A stretch of 64,000 nt of DNA from Anaeramoeba ignava BMAN (taxonomy: Eukaryota; Protista; Anaeramoebae): positions 434,001 to 498,000 of the forward strand of contig JAPDFW010000061.1 in NCBI GenBank assembly GCA_028826165.1. The letters run 5' to 3'. Within the stretch, counting starts at the first letter, position 1. Each line of letters starts with the position of its first letter. The position numbers and the translations under genes were made by a program. The notes beneath the pieces are model-generated. The model was given only the letters and a program-made list of their open reading frames with translations, was not told the origin of the DNA and ran no database searches. Positions 48,218 through 62,000 of the stretch are shown here, in pieces.

Positions 48218-49709
48218 TTAAGCTTTTGCAACACCTATTTATATTTAGATTTAATTTTAAAATTAATTTATATTTTAAAATTGATTTATATTTTAAAATT
48301 AATTTATATTTTAAAATTAATTTATATTTTAAAATTAATTTATATTTTGAAATTGATTTATATTTTAAAATTGATTTATATTTTGAAATTAATTTATATT
48401 TTGAAATTGATTTATATTTTGAAATTAATTTATATTTTGAAATTAATTTATATTTTAAAATTAATTTATATTTTAAAATTAATTTATATTTTAAAATTGA
48501 TTTATATTTTAAAATTAATTTATATTTTAAAATTGATTTATATTTTAAAATTAATTTATATTTTAAAATTAATTTATATTTTAAAATTAATTTATATTTT
48601 AAAATTGATTTATATTTTAAAATTAATTTATATTTTTAAAATTAATTTATATTTTGAAATTAATTTATATTTTAAAATTAATTTATATTTTAAAATTAAT
48701 TTATATTTTAAAATTAATTTATATTTTGAAATTAATTTATATTTTTAAAATTAATTTATATTTTAAAAATTAATTTATATTTTAAAATTGATTTATATTT
48801 TAAAATTAATTTATATTTTAAAATTGATTTATATTTTTGAAATTAATTTATATTTTTGAAATTAATTTATATTTTAAAATTAATTTATATTTTAAAATTA
48901 ATTTATATTTTAAAATTGATTTATATTTTGAAATTAATTTATATTTTTAAAATTGATTTATATTTTGAAATTAATTTATATTTTAAAATTAATTTATATT
49001 TTAAAAATTAATTTATATTTTTAAAATTAATTTATATTTTTAAAATTGATTTATATTTTAAAATTAATTTATATTTTAAAATTGATTTATATTTTAAAAT
49101 TAATTTATATTTTGAAATTAATTTATATTTTAAAATTGATTTATATTTTAAAATTAATTTATATTTTAAAATTAATTTATATTTTAAAATTAATTTATAT
49201 TTTTTATTTATTTTAAATTAATTTATATTTTGAAATTAATTTATATTTTAAAATTGATTTATATTTTGAAATTGATTTTAAAATTAATTTATATTTTGAA
49301 ATTGATTTTAAAATTGATTTATATTTTGAAATTGAAATTGAAATGAAAAAAAAAAAGGGAAAAACATGAATAAAAAAAACATACCGACAATAACAATGAT
49401 CCAACAAACAAGAGTAATAACACCATAGATAATATAAAAACGCCACCACGAAATTTAATTAACAAAATAGTTAAAACGATAATAAAAACAGAAATTCCAA
49501 TAACAGACATAACTAGACCAGCTTTAGTTGTTTTATGAACCAAACTGACAATGAAACTGACAAGGAAATAAATAAACCAAAAGAATTCCTCCAATTAAAA
49601 ATTTCTTTCCAAATTTATTATCTCGTAAAAACTTTATTAACCCATAAATTCCTATTATAATTCCATATATAATTGTTGTTGCTTGTGCTACTGTAACTGA
49701 TGATGTCAT
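48218..49709 (-). CDS. Small ~4-TM membrane protein (weakly TMEM14-like), 2 exons, apparent frameshifts
   Basis: ATG 49709 MTSSVTVAQATTIIYGIIIGIYGLIKFLRDNKFGKKFLIGGILL continues after a shift into ORF 49319-49594. Donor GTATGT at 49384, acceptor AG at 48236-48235. The last exon probably reads GVAKA*, frame uncertain. Confidence 0.5.
48250..49330. repeat. 18-bp satellite (AAATTAATTTATATTTTA)n inside an intron
   Basis: Period 18; produces the spurious KINLYF/LIYILK ORFs. Confidence 0.92.
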
Positions 49710-49859
49710 TTGTTTTTGCTATTTTTTGTTAAATGTTAAATTTTAAATGTTAAATTTTAAATGTTAAATTTGTTTTTGTTTTTGTTTTGTTTTTTACTTT
49801 GGAAAAATTTGTAAAAAAAAAATGAAAAAATTAAAATTTTTTTTTTCTTTTTTTATTTT

Positions 49860-50005
49860 GAAATTGAAATTGAAATTAAAATTGAAATTGAAATTGAAAT
49901 TAAAATTGAAATTGAAATTAAAATTGAAATTGAAATTGAAATTAAAATTGAATTTGAATTTGAATTTGAAATTGAAATTAAAATTAAAATTGAAATTGAA
50001 TTTAA
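49860..50005. repeat. (AAATTG/AAATTA)n hexamer repeat, intergenic
   Basis: Direct inspection. Confidence 0.85.
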
Positions 50006-50029
50006 AAATTTTCTTTTTCTTTGAAATTA

Positions 50030-53000
50030 AAATTTTTTGTTTTTTTTCTTGAATTTGATTTTGATTTTGATTTTGATTTTGATTTGGTTTTGAATTGAAT
50101 TTGAATTTGGTTTTGAAATGATTTTATTTTTCTTTATTTGGATTTTTTTTTTCTGTTTTGGTTTTGATTTTTTTTTTGATTTTGATTTTGATTTTGATTT
50201 TGATTTCGATTTTGATTTTGATTTTGAATTTTTAAACCCAAATTTTGTTTGAGATAATTTTGTGATTGTTTATCATCAAAATTTAACTCTTCCCATTCAT
50301 CTGAATCTGGAGCAGAATAATCAATATTTTGCGATTTAACTGGTTGATTTTGATTTCGATTTTGATTTCGATTTTGATTTTGATTTTGATTTCGATTTTG
50401 ATTTTGATTTTGATTTTGATATTGATTTCGATTTTGATTTTGATTTTGATTTTGATATTGATTTCGATTTTGATTTTGGTTTTGATTAAAATTTTGATTA
50501 TGAGGACTTCTTGATTTTGGATTATAATTTTGATTTTGGTTTTGATTTGGGTTTTGATGATGAGGACTTCTTGATTTTTGATAATTTTGATTTGATTTTT
50601 TATTATAATTTTGATTTGGGTTTTGATTATAGATGTTGATTTGGGTTTTTGATTATACTTTTTGATTTTGGTTTTTATTTTAATTTTGATTTTGATTTAA
50701 AACCCAATTTTTTTGATTTTTGATTTGGGTTTTTTTATATCAAAAATTTACGTTTTTTCATTATAATTTTGAAGAATAATTTTGCCATTGAACTGTTTGA
50801 TTATAATTTTGATATTGATTTTGATATTGATTTTGATTTTGATTATAATTTTGATTATAATTTTTATTATAATTTTGATTATAATTTTTATTATAATTTT
50901 GATTTTGTTTTTGATTATAGCCTTGATTTTGGTTTTTATTATAGCCTTGATTTTGTTTTGAATAACCTCTATTTTGGTTTTGCATGATGATATCCATCTT
51001 GATTTGAATGATAATGCCCATAGTTGTTTGTGTTCACGGTTGCTTGACCGTGAGTGTTCCTGTATTGTTGATTTCTGTTGAACCAAGGCTCGATTTCACC
51101 AATATGTTCATAAGGACAATTTAAATCTGGACATTTTCCATATTCACTCCAATTTTTACACTCTTAAAATAATAATATTAATTTTAATTTAAATATTAAT
51201 ATTAATTTTAATTTTAATTTTAATTTTAATTTTAATTTTAATTTTAATTTTAATTTTAATTTTAATTTTAATTTTAATTTTAATTTTAATTTTAATTTTA
51301 ATTTTAATTTTAATTTTAATTTTAATTTTAATTTTAATTTTAATTTTAATTTTAATTTTAATTTTAATTTTAATTTTAATTTTAATTTTAATTTTAATTT
51401 TGATTTTAATTTTAATTTTAATTTCAATTTCAATTTTAATTTTAATTTTGATTTTGATTTTAATTTTAATTTTAATTTTGATTTTAATTTTAATTTTAAT
51501 TTTAATTTCAATTTTAATTTCAATTTTAATTTTAATTTTAATTTTGAATTTTAATTTTAAAATGAAATACTTTGCTTGATTTTTTTTTGTCGAGTATCAC
51601 GATAAAAGGAGTTTGATTTCTTTTTATCTAATAATTTAGGATCACCAATATATTTGCTCCAAGCTTTTTTGAAATCATTCCTTTCAGGATTTGGATGATT
51701 ATAAGGACAATTGTCTTTTTTGCATTTATCCAATTTATGGCAAATACATTGATCATCAGGATGTTTATTTTTGTATTCAGGAGAATCTTTATTTTTCCAA
51801 TGATCCCATGAATGACACCAATTAGTATTTGGATCACTAAAAAACTGACACAAATCATCATTTCCAAATTGATTTCCAAATTGATTTCCTTGTTGATTTC
51901 CAAATTGATTTCCAAATTGATTTCCAAATTGATTTCCAAATTGATTTCCAAATTGATTTCCAAATTGATTTCCAAATTGATTTCCTTGTTGATTTTTTGG
52001 ATTAAATTGATTTCCTTGATTTGAAAATTGATCTCCTTGTTGATTTCTTGGATTAAATTGATTTCCTTGTCGATTTGCAAATTGATCTCCTTGTTGATTT
52101 CTTGCATTTGATTGATTCTTTGAATCACTTGGAAAATTGGTTTTTTGATAATTATTGATTTGTTTTGCATTTTGTGGTTTTGTATTATAAAATTTCTCAA
52201 TAACCATATTATTATTTTCTTGATTTTTGTGTCCCTTTTTATGTTTATGTTCTTGTCCTGATTTTTGTGAAAAATCTTGTTGTATTTGATTTTTAATCAT
52301 TTCTTGTTGTTGATTGTATTGAGGTTTTAAATCAGTTATTTTTGAATCTGGAGGTTGATATTCAAATTGTTTTGAATAATTAAAATCATCTTTATTGTCT
52401 TGATTGAATTGTTTTGGTTGATTTAGTTGATTTGATTGATTTGATTGATTGAATTGCATTGATCGTGACATTTTCGTTTTTTTCTTTTTTTCCTCCAATG
52501 TTTGTAAAACAGCCTCAATTGTTTTTTGCATTTGATCCACATTTTGAGTTAATTTCATTTGATATTGAAACATATCATTATCTTTTGTTTTTTTTGCTTT
52601 TTTTGTTAATTCTTTAATTGGTTTAGAATCCATTTCTTGATTTGAAAAATGATTTTCTATAACGTCTAAATCTTTTTGAGATGGACATTTGCATTTTAAA
52701 TATTGGCTCTTATCTTGATTTTCTATATCATTAATCAAACAATTTATGCATAAAAATAACCACAATCTTTGCATGATAAAGTCATTGGATATGGTGTTTT
52801 TTTGTCGCAATGAGAACATTTTGGAAAAAGTGCTTCAATTGTTTTGGATTTATACTATTTGAAAAAAAAATAAATATTGAAAATAAATATTAAAATAAAT
52901 ATTAAAATAAATATTGAAAATAAATATTAAAATTAAATATTAAAATAAATATTAAATATTAAATAAATAAAAAAATAAATATAAAATAAATATTAAAAAA

Positions 53001-54208
53001 TATAAATATTAAAATAAAAATTAAAATATTAAATATTAAAATTAAATATTAAAATAAATATTAAAATAAATATTAAATAAAAATAAATATTAAATTAAAT
53101 ATTAAATTAAATATTAAAATAAATATTAAAATAAATATTAAAATAAATATTAAAATAAATATTAAAAATAATATTAAAATAAATAATAAAATAAAAAATA
53201 AATAAAATAAATATTAAAATAAAATATTAAAATAAATATTAAAAATAAATATTAAAATAAAATATTAAAAAATAAATATTAAAATTAAATATTAAAATAA
53301 AATATTAAAAATAAAAATATAAATATTAAAAATAAATATTAAAAATAAAATAAAAAAAAAAAATAAATATTTAAATAAAATATTAAAAATAAATAAAAAT
53401 AAAAAATAAATATTAAAAATAAATATTAAAATAAATATTAAAATAAAAAAATAAAAACTGTATAAAATAAATATTAAAAATAAATTAAATATTAAAAATA
53501 AAATATTAAAATAAAAATTAAATATTAAAAATAAATATTAAAAATTAAATAAATTAAAAATAAATATTAAAATAAAAATATTAAAAATAAATATTAAAAA
53601 AATAAATAACAAAATAAATATTAAATATTAAATTAAATATTAAAATAAAAATTAAAATAAATATTAAAATAAATATTAAATTAAAATAATTATTAAATTA
53701 AATATTATAAATATTAAAATTAAAATTAAATTAAATATTAAAATAAATATTAAAATAAATATTAAATATTAAATTAAATATTAAATTAAATATTAAAATA
53801 AATATTAAAATAAATATTAAAATAAATATTAAAAATTAAAATAAATATTAAAATAAATATTAAAATAAATATTAAATATAAAATAAATATTAAAATAAAT
53901 ATTAATTAAATTAAATATTAAATTAAATATTAAAATAAAATACATTTTTAAGTTTTTTGATTTTTTTAGAATCAACTTTTCTGTGAAAAACAATAATTGC
54001 TAAAGTTGTTTCTGAAAAATTAAACACTTCAACTTTTGGGTTTTGATTTAATGTTTCAAAATCTTTTGTAATTTGTTCTTTTGTAACCTTTTCAAAAATA
54101 AAAAAAAAGAACAAAAAAAATTTTTTTAAATTTTTTAATAAATTATTATTTATTTATTAATTTTACTTTTGGTTTTGTTTCAATAAATATCTTTTTTTTC
54201 CTTCCCAT
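50030..54208 (-). CDS. RRM-like / C4C4 RING / coiled-coil / Q-N-rich / CCCH zinc-finger protein, paralogue 1
   Basis: Exons 54208-54167 (MGRKKKIFIETKPK), 54087-53944, 52854-51571, 51162-~50030. RING CSHC..CKDC..CINC..CKC requires two compensating homopolymer shifts near 52800-52755. CHKLDKCKKDNCPYNH and CKNWSEYGKCPDLNCPYEH are present. The N/Q/Y-rich tail is frameshifted, so the end is approximate. Confidence 0.72.
51180..51560. repeat. (ATTTTA)n hexamer satellite in intron 3 of paralogue 1
   Basis: Direct inspection; intron 51163-51570. Confidence 0.92.
52870..53938. repeat. 12-bp satellite (AAAATAAATATT)n in intron 2 of paralogue 1
   Basis: Direct inspection; intron 52855-53943. Confidence 0.9.
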
Positions 54209-54389
54209 TCTGTTTTTTTTTTTAAAATAAAGCAAATTGAAAAATGAAAAAAAAAATGAAAAAAAAATGAATTAAAAAAATTCCACTTTTTTTATTAATT
54301 TTTGTTTTTATTTTTCCGAATTTTTTTTAAAAAAAAAGAAAAAGAAAAATAAAGAGAAAATCAAAATAAAATAAAGGAAAAATTGTGTT

Positions 54390-57300
54390 TCATTTCCTTT
54401 TGTGAATATGCTCGAAAGGACAATTCAAATCTCCACAAAATCCATAAGCAAAAAAATTTTCACAAACTAAAAAGAAAAATAATTTAAAATTTTGAATTTA
54501 ATTTTGGATTTGATATTTATAATTATAATTATATTGATATTTATATTTATATTTATATTTATATTTATATTTATATTTATATTTATATATTTATATTGAT
54601 TTTGATATTTATATTTATATTGATTTTGATTTTAATATTGATTTTGATTTTGATTTTAATATTGATTTTGATTTTGATTTTGATTTTGATTTTGATTTTG
54701 ATTTTGATTTTGATTTTGATTTTAATTTTGATTTTGATTTTGATTTTGATTTTGATTTTGATTTTTATATTTATATTTATATTGATTTTGATTTTGATTT
54801 TGATTTTGATTTTGATTTTAATTTTGATTTTGATTTTGATTTTGATTTTTATATTTATATTTATATTGATTTTGATTTTGATTTTGATTTTGATTTTGAT
54901 ATTTATATTTATATTGATTTTGATTTTTATTTTGATTTTTATATTTATATTTATATTGATTTTGATTTTAATTTTGATTTTGATTTTGATTTTGATATTG
55001 ATTTTGATTTTGATATTGATTTTGAATTTGATTTTGAATTTTGATTTTGATTTTTAAATACGTTGTTTGGCTTTTTTGTGTCGAGTATCACGATAAAAAG
55101 AGTTCTTTTTCTTTTTTTCAAGAGTTTGCTTATCACCACTATAATTATTCCAAACTTTTTCAATATCACCCCTTTTTGGATTTGGATGATTATAAGGACA
55201 TTTAAGATTTGAACATGAATATAATCTTGGACAAATACATTCATTAAAAGGATGGCGCTCTGGATTTTCTTTTCTAGCTTTCCAATGTTCCCATTTATGA
55301 CACCAATTTATTTTGTCATTATGAAAATATTTACAATGTGTTTTCTTTGATGTTCCAAACAATGAAGACCAAAAAGATTGTTTCGGTTTTTCTTTTTCTG
55401 GTTTCTTTTTCTTTATATTATTTTTTGGAATAAATTGTGATTTATTCATTTGATTCATTTGCTTTGTATTCATTTGCTTCATTTGCTTTTTATTAATTTG
55501 ATTTTGATTAAATTGATTTGGATTCATTTGCTTTGTATTCATTTGATTTGTGTTAAATTGATTTTGATTCATTTGATTTGGATTAAGTTGATTTGGATTC
55601 AATTGATTTTGATTAAATTTATTTTGATTAAATTGATTTGGATTAATTTGATTTGTATTCATTTGATTTGTGTTAAATTGATTTGGATTCATTTGATTTG
55701 TATTCATTTGATTTGGATTAATTTGATTTTTATTAATTTGATTTGGATTCAATTGATTTGGATTAATTTGATTTGGATTAAATTGATTTGGATTAAATTG
55801 ATTTGGATTCATTTGATTTTGATTAAATTTATTTGGATTAAATTGATTTGGATTAATTTGATTTGGATTCATTTGATTTGGATTAATTTGATTTGGATTA
55901 ATTTGATTTGGATTAATTTGATTTGGATTCATTTGATTTGTATTCATTTGATTTGGATTCATTTGATTTGGATTAATTTGATTTGGATTCATTTGATTTG
56001 GATTCATTTGATTTGGATTCATTTTCTTTGGATTAAATTGATTTGGATTCATTTGATTTGGATTCATTTGATTTGGATTAAATTGATTTGGATTCATTTG
56101 ATTTGGATTAAATTGATTTGGATTCATTTGATTTGGATTAATTTGACTTAGAATCATTTGATTTGTATTTAATTTTTCTTTTTGGAAAGATTTATATAAT
56201 TCTTTAATTCTTTTTTGCATTTTCTTCACTTCTTTTTTGAATTGTTTGGGATCCAAATCTTCAGGATTCCCGTTTCTTCCCCTTTTTATTAGATCATCTT
56301 TTTCGTAAATCATTTTATTTGAAAGTATATTTAAATCTGATCTGATTTTGATTTTTTTTGAGCATGAAGGACAAATTGAATTCCTTTTTTCTACAATTTC
56401 AAATCCACATTTTCCACATATTTGAGATGAGCATTTGGGGCAATTTATTATTAATGGATATGGTGTTTTTTCTTGGCAGATATTGCATTTTGGAAATAAT
56501 TTATCCACAGTTTTTGATTTGTACTTTTATTATTTTATAAATAAATATTATTTTGGAATTAAATATTATTTTATAAATAAATATTATTTTGGAATTAAAT
56601 ATTATTTTGTAATTAAATATTATTTTGTAAATAAATATTATTTTGGGATTAAATATTATTTTGTAAATAAATATTATTTTATAAATAAATATTATTTTAT
56701 AAATAAATATTATTTTATAAATAAATATTATTTTGGAATTAAATATTATTTTGGAATTAAATATTATTTTATAAATAAATATTATTTTATAAATAAATAT
56801 TATTTTATAAATAAATATTATTTTGTAAATAAATATTATTTTGTAAATAAATATTATTTTATAAATAAATATTATTTTATAAATAAATATTATTTTGTAA
56901 ATAAATATTATTTTATAAATATTATTATTTTATAAATAAATATTATTTTGTAATTAAATATTATTTTATAAATAAATATTATTTTATAATTAAATATTAT
57001 TTTTATAATTAAATATTATTTTATAATTAAATATTATTTTGTAAATAAATATTATTTTATAAATAAATATTATTTTGTAAATAAATATTATTTTATAAAT
57101 AAATATTATTTTATAAATAAATATTATTTTATAAATAAATATTATTTTATAAATAAATATTATTTTATAAATAAATATTATTTTGAATTAAATATTATTT
57201 TATAAATAAATATTATTTTATAAATAAATATTATTTTGGAAATAAATATTATTTTATAATTAAATATTATTTTATAAATAAATATTATTTTATAAATAAA

Positions 57301-58832
57301 TATTATTTTGTAAATAAATATTATTTTTATAAATAAATATTATTTTGTAAATAAATATTATTTTATAAATAAATATTATTTTGTAAATAAATATTATTTT
57401 TATAAATAAATATTATTTTGTAAATAAATATTATTTTATAAATAAATATTATTTTATAAATAAATATTATTTTATAAATAAATATTATTTTTGGATTAAA
57501 TATTATTTTATAATTAAATATTATTTTATAATTAAATATTATTTTTGGGATTAAATATTATTTTGGATTAAATATTATTTTATAAATAAATATTATTTTG
57601 GAATTAAATATTATTTTATAATTAAATATTATTTTATAAATAAATATTATTTTATAAATAAATATTATTTTATAAATAAATATTATTTTATAATTAAATA
57701 TTATTTTATGATTAAATATTATTTTATAATTAAATATTATTTTTGTAAATAAATATTATTTTGTAAATAAATATTATTTTGTAAATAAATATTAATTTAT
57801 AAATAAATATTATTTTTATAATTAAATATTATTTTGGGATTAAATATTATTTTATAATTAAATATTATTTCATAATTAAATATTATTTTGGAATTAAATA
57901 TTATTTTTGGATTAAATATTATTTTGGAATTAAATATTATTTTATAATTAAATATTATTTTGTAATTAAATATTATTTTGTAAATAAATATTATTTTTAT
58001 AAATAAATATTATTTTATAAATAAATATTATTTTTTGGATTAAATATTATTTTTGGATTAAATATTATTTTTGGAATTAAATATTATTTTATAAATAAAT
58101 ATTATTTTGTAATTAAATATTATTTTATAAATAAATATTATTTTATAAATAAATATTATTTTTGGATTAAATATTATTTTATAATTAAATATTATTTTAT
58201 AATTAAATATTATTTTATAATTAAATATTATTTTATAATTAAATATTATTTTATAATTAAATATTATTTTATAATTAAATATTATTTTGTAAATAAATAT
58301 TATTTTATAAATAAATATTATTTTATAAATAAATATTATTTTTGGATTAAATATTATTTTATAATTAAATATTATTTTATAAATAAATATTATTTTATAA
58401 ATAAATATTATTTTTGGATTAAATATTATTTTGTAAATAAATATTATTTTGGAATTAAATATTATTTTGGAATTAAATATTATTTTGTAATTAAATATTA
58501 TTTTATAAATAAATATTATTTCATAATTAAATATTATTTTGTAATTAAATATTATTTTTGGATTTATATTTTATTATTAAATACATTTTTAATCCTTTCT
58601 GTTTTAACTTTTTCAGTAAAAATTATAATTGCTAATGTTTTTTCTTCAAAAGTAAACACTTCAATTTTTGAAATTTTACCAAAATCTTGAAATTTTCTTT
58701 TAAATTTCCTTTTTGAAACCTTTTTTTTTTTAAATAAAAAAAATTTAAATAAAAAAAGGAAAAAAAGGAAAAAAAAGGAAAACAAATTACTTTTTCTTTT
58801 TTAACTTCAATAAAAAGTTTACTTCTTGGCAT
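54390..58832 (-). CDS. RRM-like / C4C4 RING / (NQxNP)n / CCCH zinc-finger protein, paralogue 2
   Basis: Exons 58832-58791 (MPRSKLFIEVKKEK), 58719-58585 (..FQDFGKISKIEVF..TLAIIIF), 56523-55062 (CNIC..CPKC..CGKC..CPSC; CPRLYSCSNLKCPYNH), 54466-54390 (LCENFFAYGFCGDLNCPFEH..*). All junctions are GT-AG and in frame. Confidence 0.82.
54530..55050. repeat. (ATTTTG)n/(ATATTT)n hexamer satellite in intron 3 of paralogue 2
   Basis: Direct inspection; intron 54467-55061. Confidence 0.9.
56530..58562. repeat. ~18-bp satellite (AAATAAATATTATTTTAT)n in intron 2 of paralogue 2
   Basis: Direct inspection; intron 56524-58584. Confidence 0.92.
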
Positions 58833-59000
58833 AATTAATAATAATAATAATAATAAATTAATAAAAAAAGGAAAAAAAAAGAAAAAAAATGAATTTTAAA
58901 AAAATATTTTTTATTCCAAATTTTCCTTTTTTTTCCAAAATTTGTTGTTCTTTTAAAAATAAAAAAGAAGAAGAAATTAAAAGGAATTCAAAGAAGAAAT

Positions 59001-62000
59001 TCAATTCAAAGAGGAGATAATTTGAAAAAGAATGAGAAGAAAAACAACAATTAAGATAAAATAGAAAAATTTCCATTCTAAAGATAAAGAACTTTTTGAT
59101 TGATTTTTCTTTTGATTTTGATTTTGGTTTAATTGTTTTATTTGATTTGGATTTCGCTTTTGATTCATTTGATTTCGCTTTTGATTTGGATTTAATTGTT
59201 TTATTTGATTTGGATTTGGATTTCGTTTTTGATTTAATTGTTTCATTTGATTTGGATTTGGATTTCGTTTTTGATTTTGATTTCGTTTTTTATTTAATTG
59301 TTTCATTGGATTTTGATTTCGTTTTTTATTTAATTGTTTCATTGGATTTTGATTTCGTTTTTGATTTATTTGTTTCATTGGATTTGGATTTAATTGTTTT
59401 ATTTGATTTGGATTTGGATTTGGATTTGGATTTCGTTTTTGATTTAATTGTTTCATTGGATTTGGATTTGGATTTAATTGTTTCATTGGATTTGGATTTG
59501 AATTTGGATTTGGATTTGGATTTGAATTTGGATTTGGATTTGAATTTGGATTTGAATTTGGATTTGGATTTGAATTTGGATTTGGATTTCGATTTAATTG
59601 TTTCTTTTGGTTTTTTTTTGGTTGATTTACTTTTTTTAATTTAAATTCAAATTTTTTTAGTTTTAAATTTTAATTTATTTTTTGATTTTTTGATTTAATT
59701 TTTTTTTAACTATTAATTTTCTTACCTTTTTTTACGGGAATTCTTTGATTGTTTATTCTAACATGTTCAAAAGGACAATTAAGATCTTTACATTTTCCAT
59801 ATTTTACAAAATTTTGACAAACTAAAATCAAGAATAAAAAAAAAAGTGGAATAAATTTTTTTTGGATTAAATTTAAATTAATTTCCGTTATTTTTTTATA
59901 ATAGAAAAAAAAAGTTCTCACTTGTTTTTATTCTTTCGTTTCGAGTATCTCGATAAAAAGAGTTGCGTTTTTTGATATCAAAGCTTTTTTCATCGCCTTG
60001 ATATGTATTCCAAGCTTTTTGGAAATCTTTTCTAAGTGGATTAGGATGATTATATCTGCAATTGGGATAATCCTTACATTTGCTTAACATAATGCAAATG
60101 CTTTCTTCTTGCGGATGAAGTTGTGGTTGTGATTCTCTGTTTTTCCAATGTTGATATGCATGACACCAAGCAGTATTAGGATCAGCAAAAAAATTACAAA
60201 TAGTTTGATTTTGATTGAATTGATCTTGATTAAATTGATTTTGATTGAATTGATTCTGATTAAATTGATTCTGATTGAATTGATTTTGATTAAATTGATT
60301 TTCTTGATTAAATTGATTTTGATTGAATTGATCTTGATTGAATTGATCTTGATTGAATTGATCTTGATTGAATTGATCTTGATTAAATTGATCTTGATTG
60401 AATTGATCTTGATTAAATTGATCTTGATTGAATTGATCTTGATTAAATTGATCTTGTTGATTAAAATCATTTTCTTGATTGAATTGATTTTGATTAAATT
60501 GATTTTCTTGATTAAATTGATTTTGTTGATTAAAATCATTTTCTTGATTAAATTCATTTTGTTGATTAAATTGATTTTGTTGATTAAAATCATTTTCTTG
60601 GTTAAAATCATTTTCTTGATTAAATTGATTTTGTTGATTAAAATCATTTTCTTGATTAAATTGATTTTGATTAAAATCATTTTCTTGATTAAATTGATTT
60701 TGATTGAATTGATCTTGATTGAATTGATCTTGATTGAATTGATCTTGATTGAATTGATTTTGATTGAATTGATTTTGTTGATTAAAATCATTTTCTTGAT
60801 TAAATTGATTTTGATTAAATTGATTTTCTTGATTAAATTGATTTTGTTGATTAAAATCATTTTCTTGATTAAATTCATTTTGTTGATTAAATTCATTTTG
60901 TTGATTAAATTGATTTTGATTAAATTGATTTTCTTGATTTTGTTCATTTTCATTTCTAATATTGTGTAAATGAATTTTTTTTGTTTGAAGTTCTGCTAGT
61001 AAAATTTCAATTTTTTGTTGCATTTTTCCAACTTCATTTGTTAGTAAATTTTTGGTTTCCAAAAATTTTGATGAATCCATTTGTTTAGTTGAGTTTTGGA
61101 AATTAATTATTTCTTGATCATTTTGTAAATATTCTAAAATGTTGATTTCATTCTGACAAGAAGGACAAATTGATTGATTTTCATTAAATATTTTAATTAA
61201 GCAAGAACAACAAAATATATCTGAACAAAATGGACATTTCATTGTCATTGGTATTGGTGTTTTTTTATTGCATAGGATACATTGGGGAAATATTTCATCA
61301 ATTTCTTTTTCTAAAATCTAATAAAATCAAAAAAAAAATTAATTTACAATTTTTAATATTCAATTTAATTTAATATTCAATTCAATTCAATATTCAATTC
61401 AATTCAATTCAATTCAATTCAATTCAATTCAATTCAATTCAATTCAATTCAATTCAATATTCAATTCAATTTAATTCAATATTTAATATTCAATTCAATT
61501 CAATTTAATATTCAATTCAATTCAATTCAATTCAATTCAATATTCAATTCAATTCAATTCAATTCAATTCAATTTAATTTAATATTCAATTCAATTCAAT
61601 TCAATTCAATTCAATTCAATTCAATTTAATATTCAATATTTAATTCAATTTAATATTTAATATTTAATATTCAATTCAATATTTAATTCAATTTAATATT
61701 TAATATTTAATATTCAATTCAATATTTAATTCAATATTTATTCAATTTATTCAATATTCAATTCAATTCAATATTTAATATTTAATATTCAATATTCAAT
61801 TCAATTCAATTCAATTCAATTCCATTCAATTCAATTCAATTCAATTATTCAATTCAATTTAATTCCAATTCAATTCAATTTCAAATTCAATTTCAATTCA
61901 ATTCAAATTCAATTCCATTTAATTCAATTCCATTCCAATTCAATTCAATTCAATCAATTTCCAATTTTTCAATTCAATTTCCCAATATTCAATTTAAATT

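Noticed and set aside
48226-48748. KINLYF / LIYILK ORFs, and likewise INKYYF (56435-56935), LKLKLK (51164-51523) and ILILIL (54596-55057)
   Set aside because: Translations of intronic satellites whose unit length is a multiple of 3.
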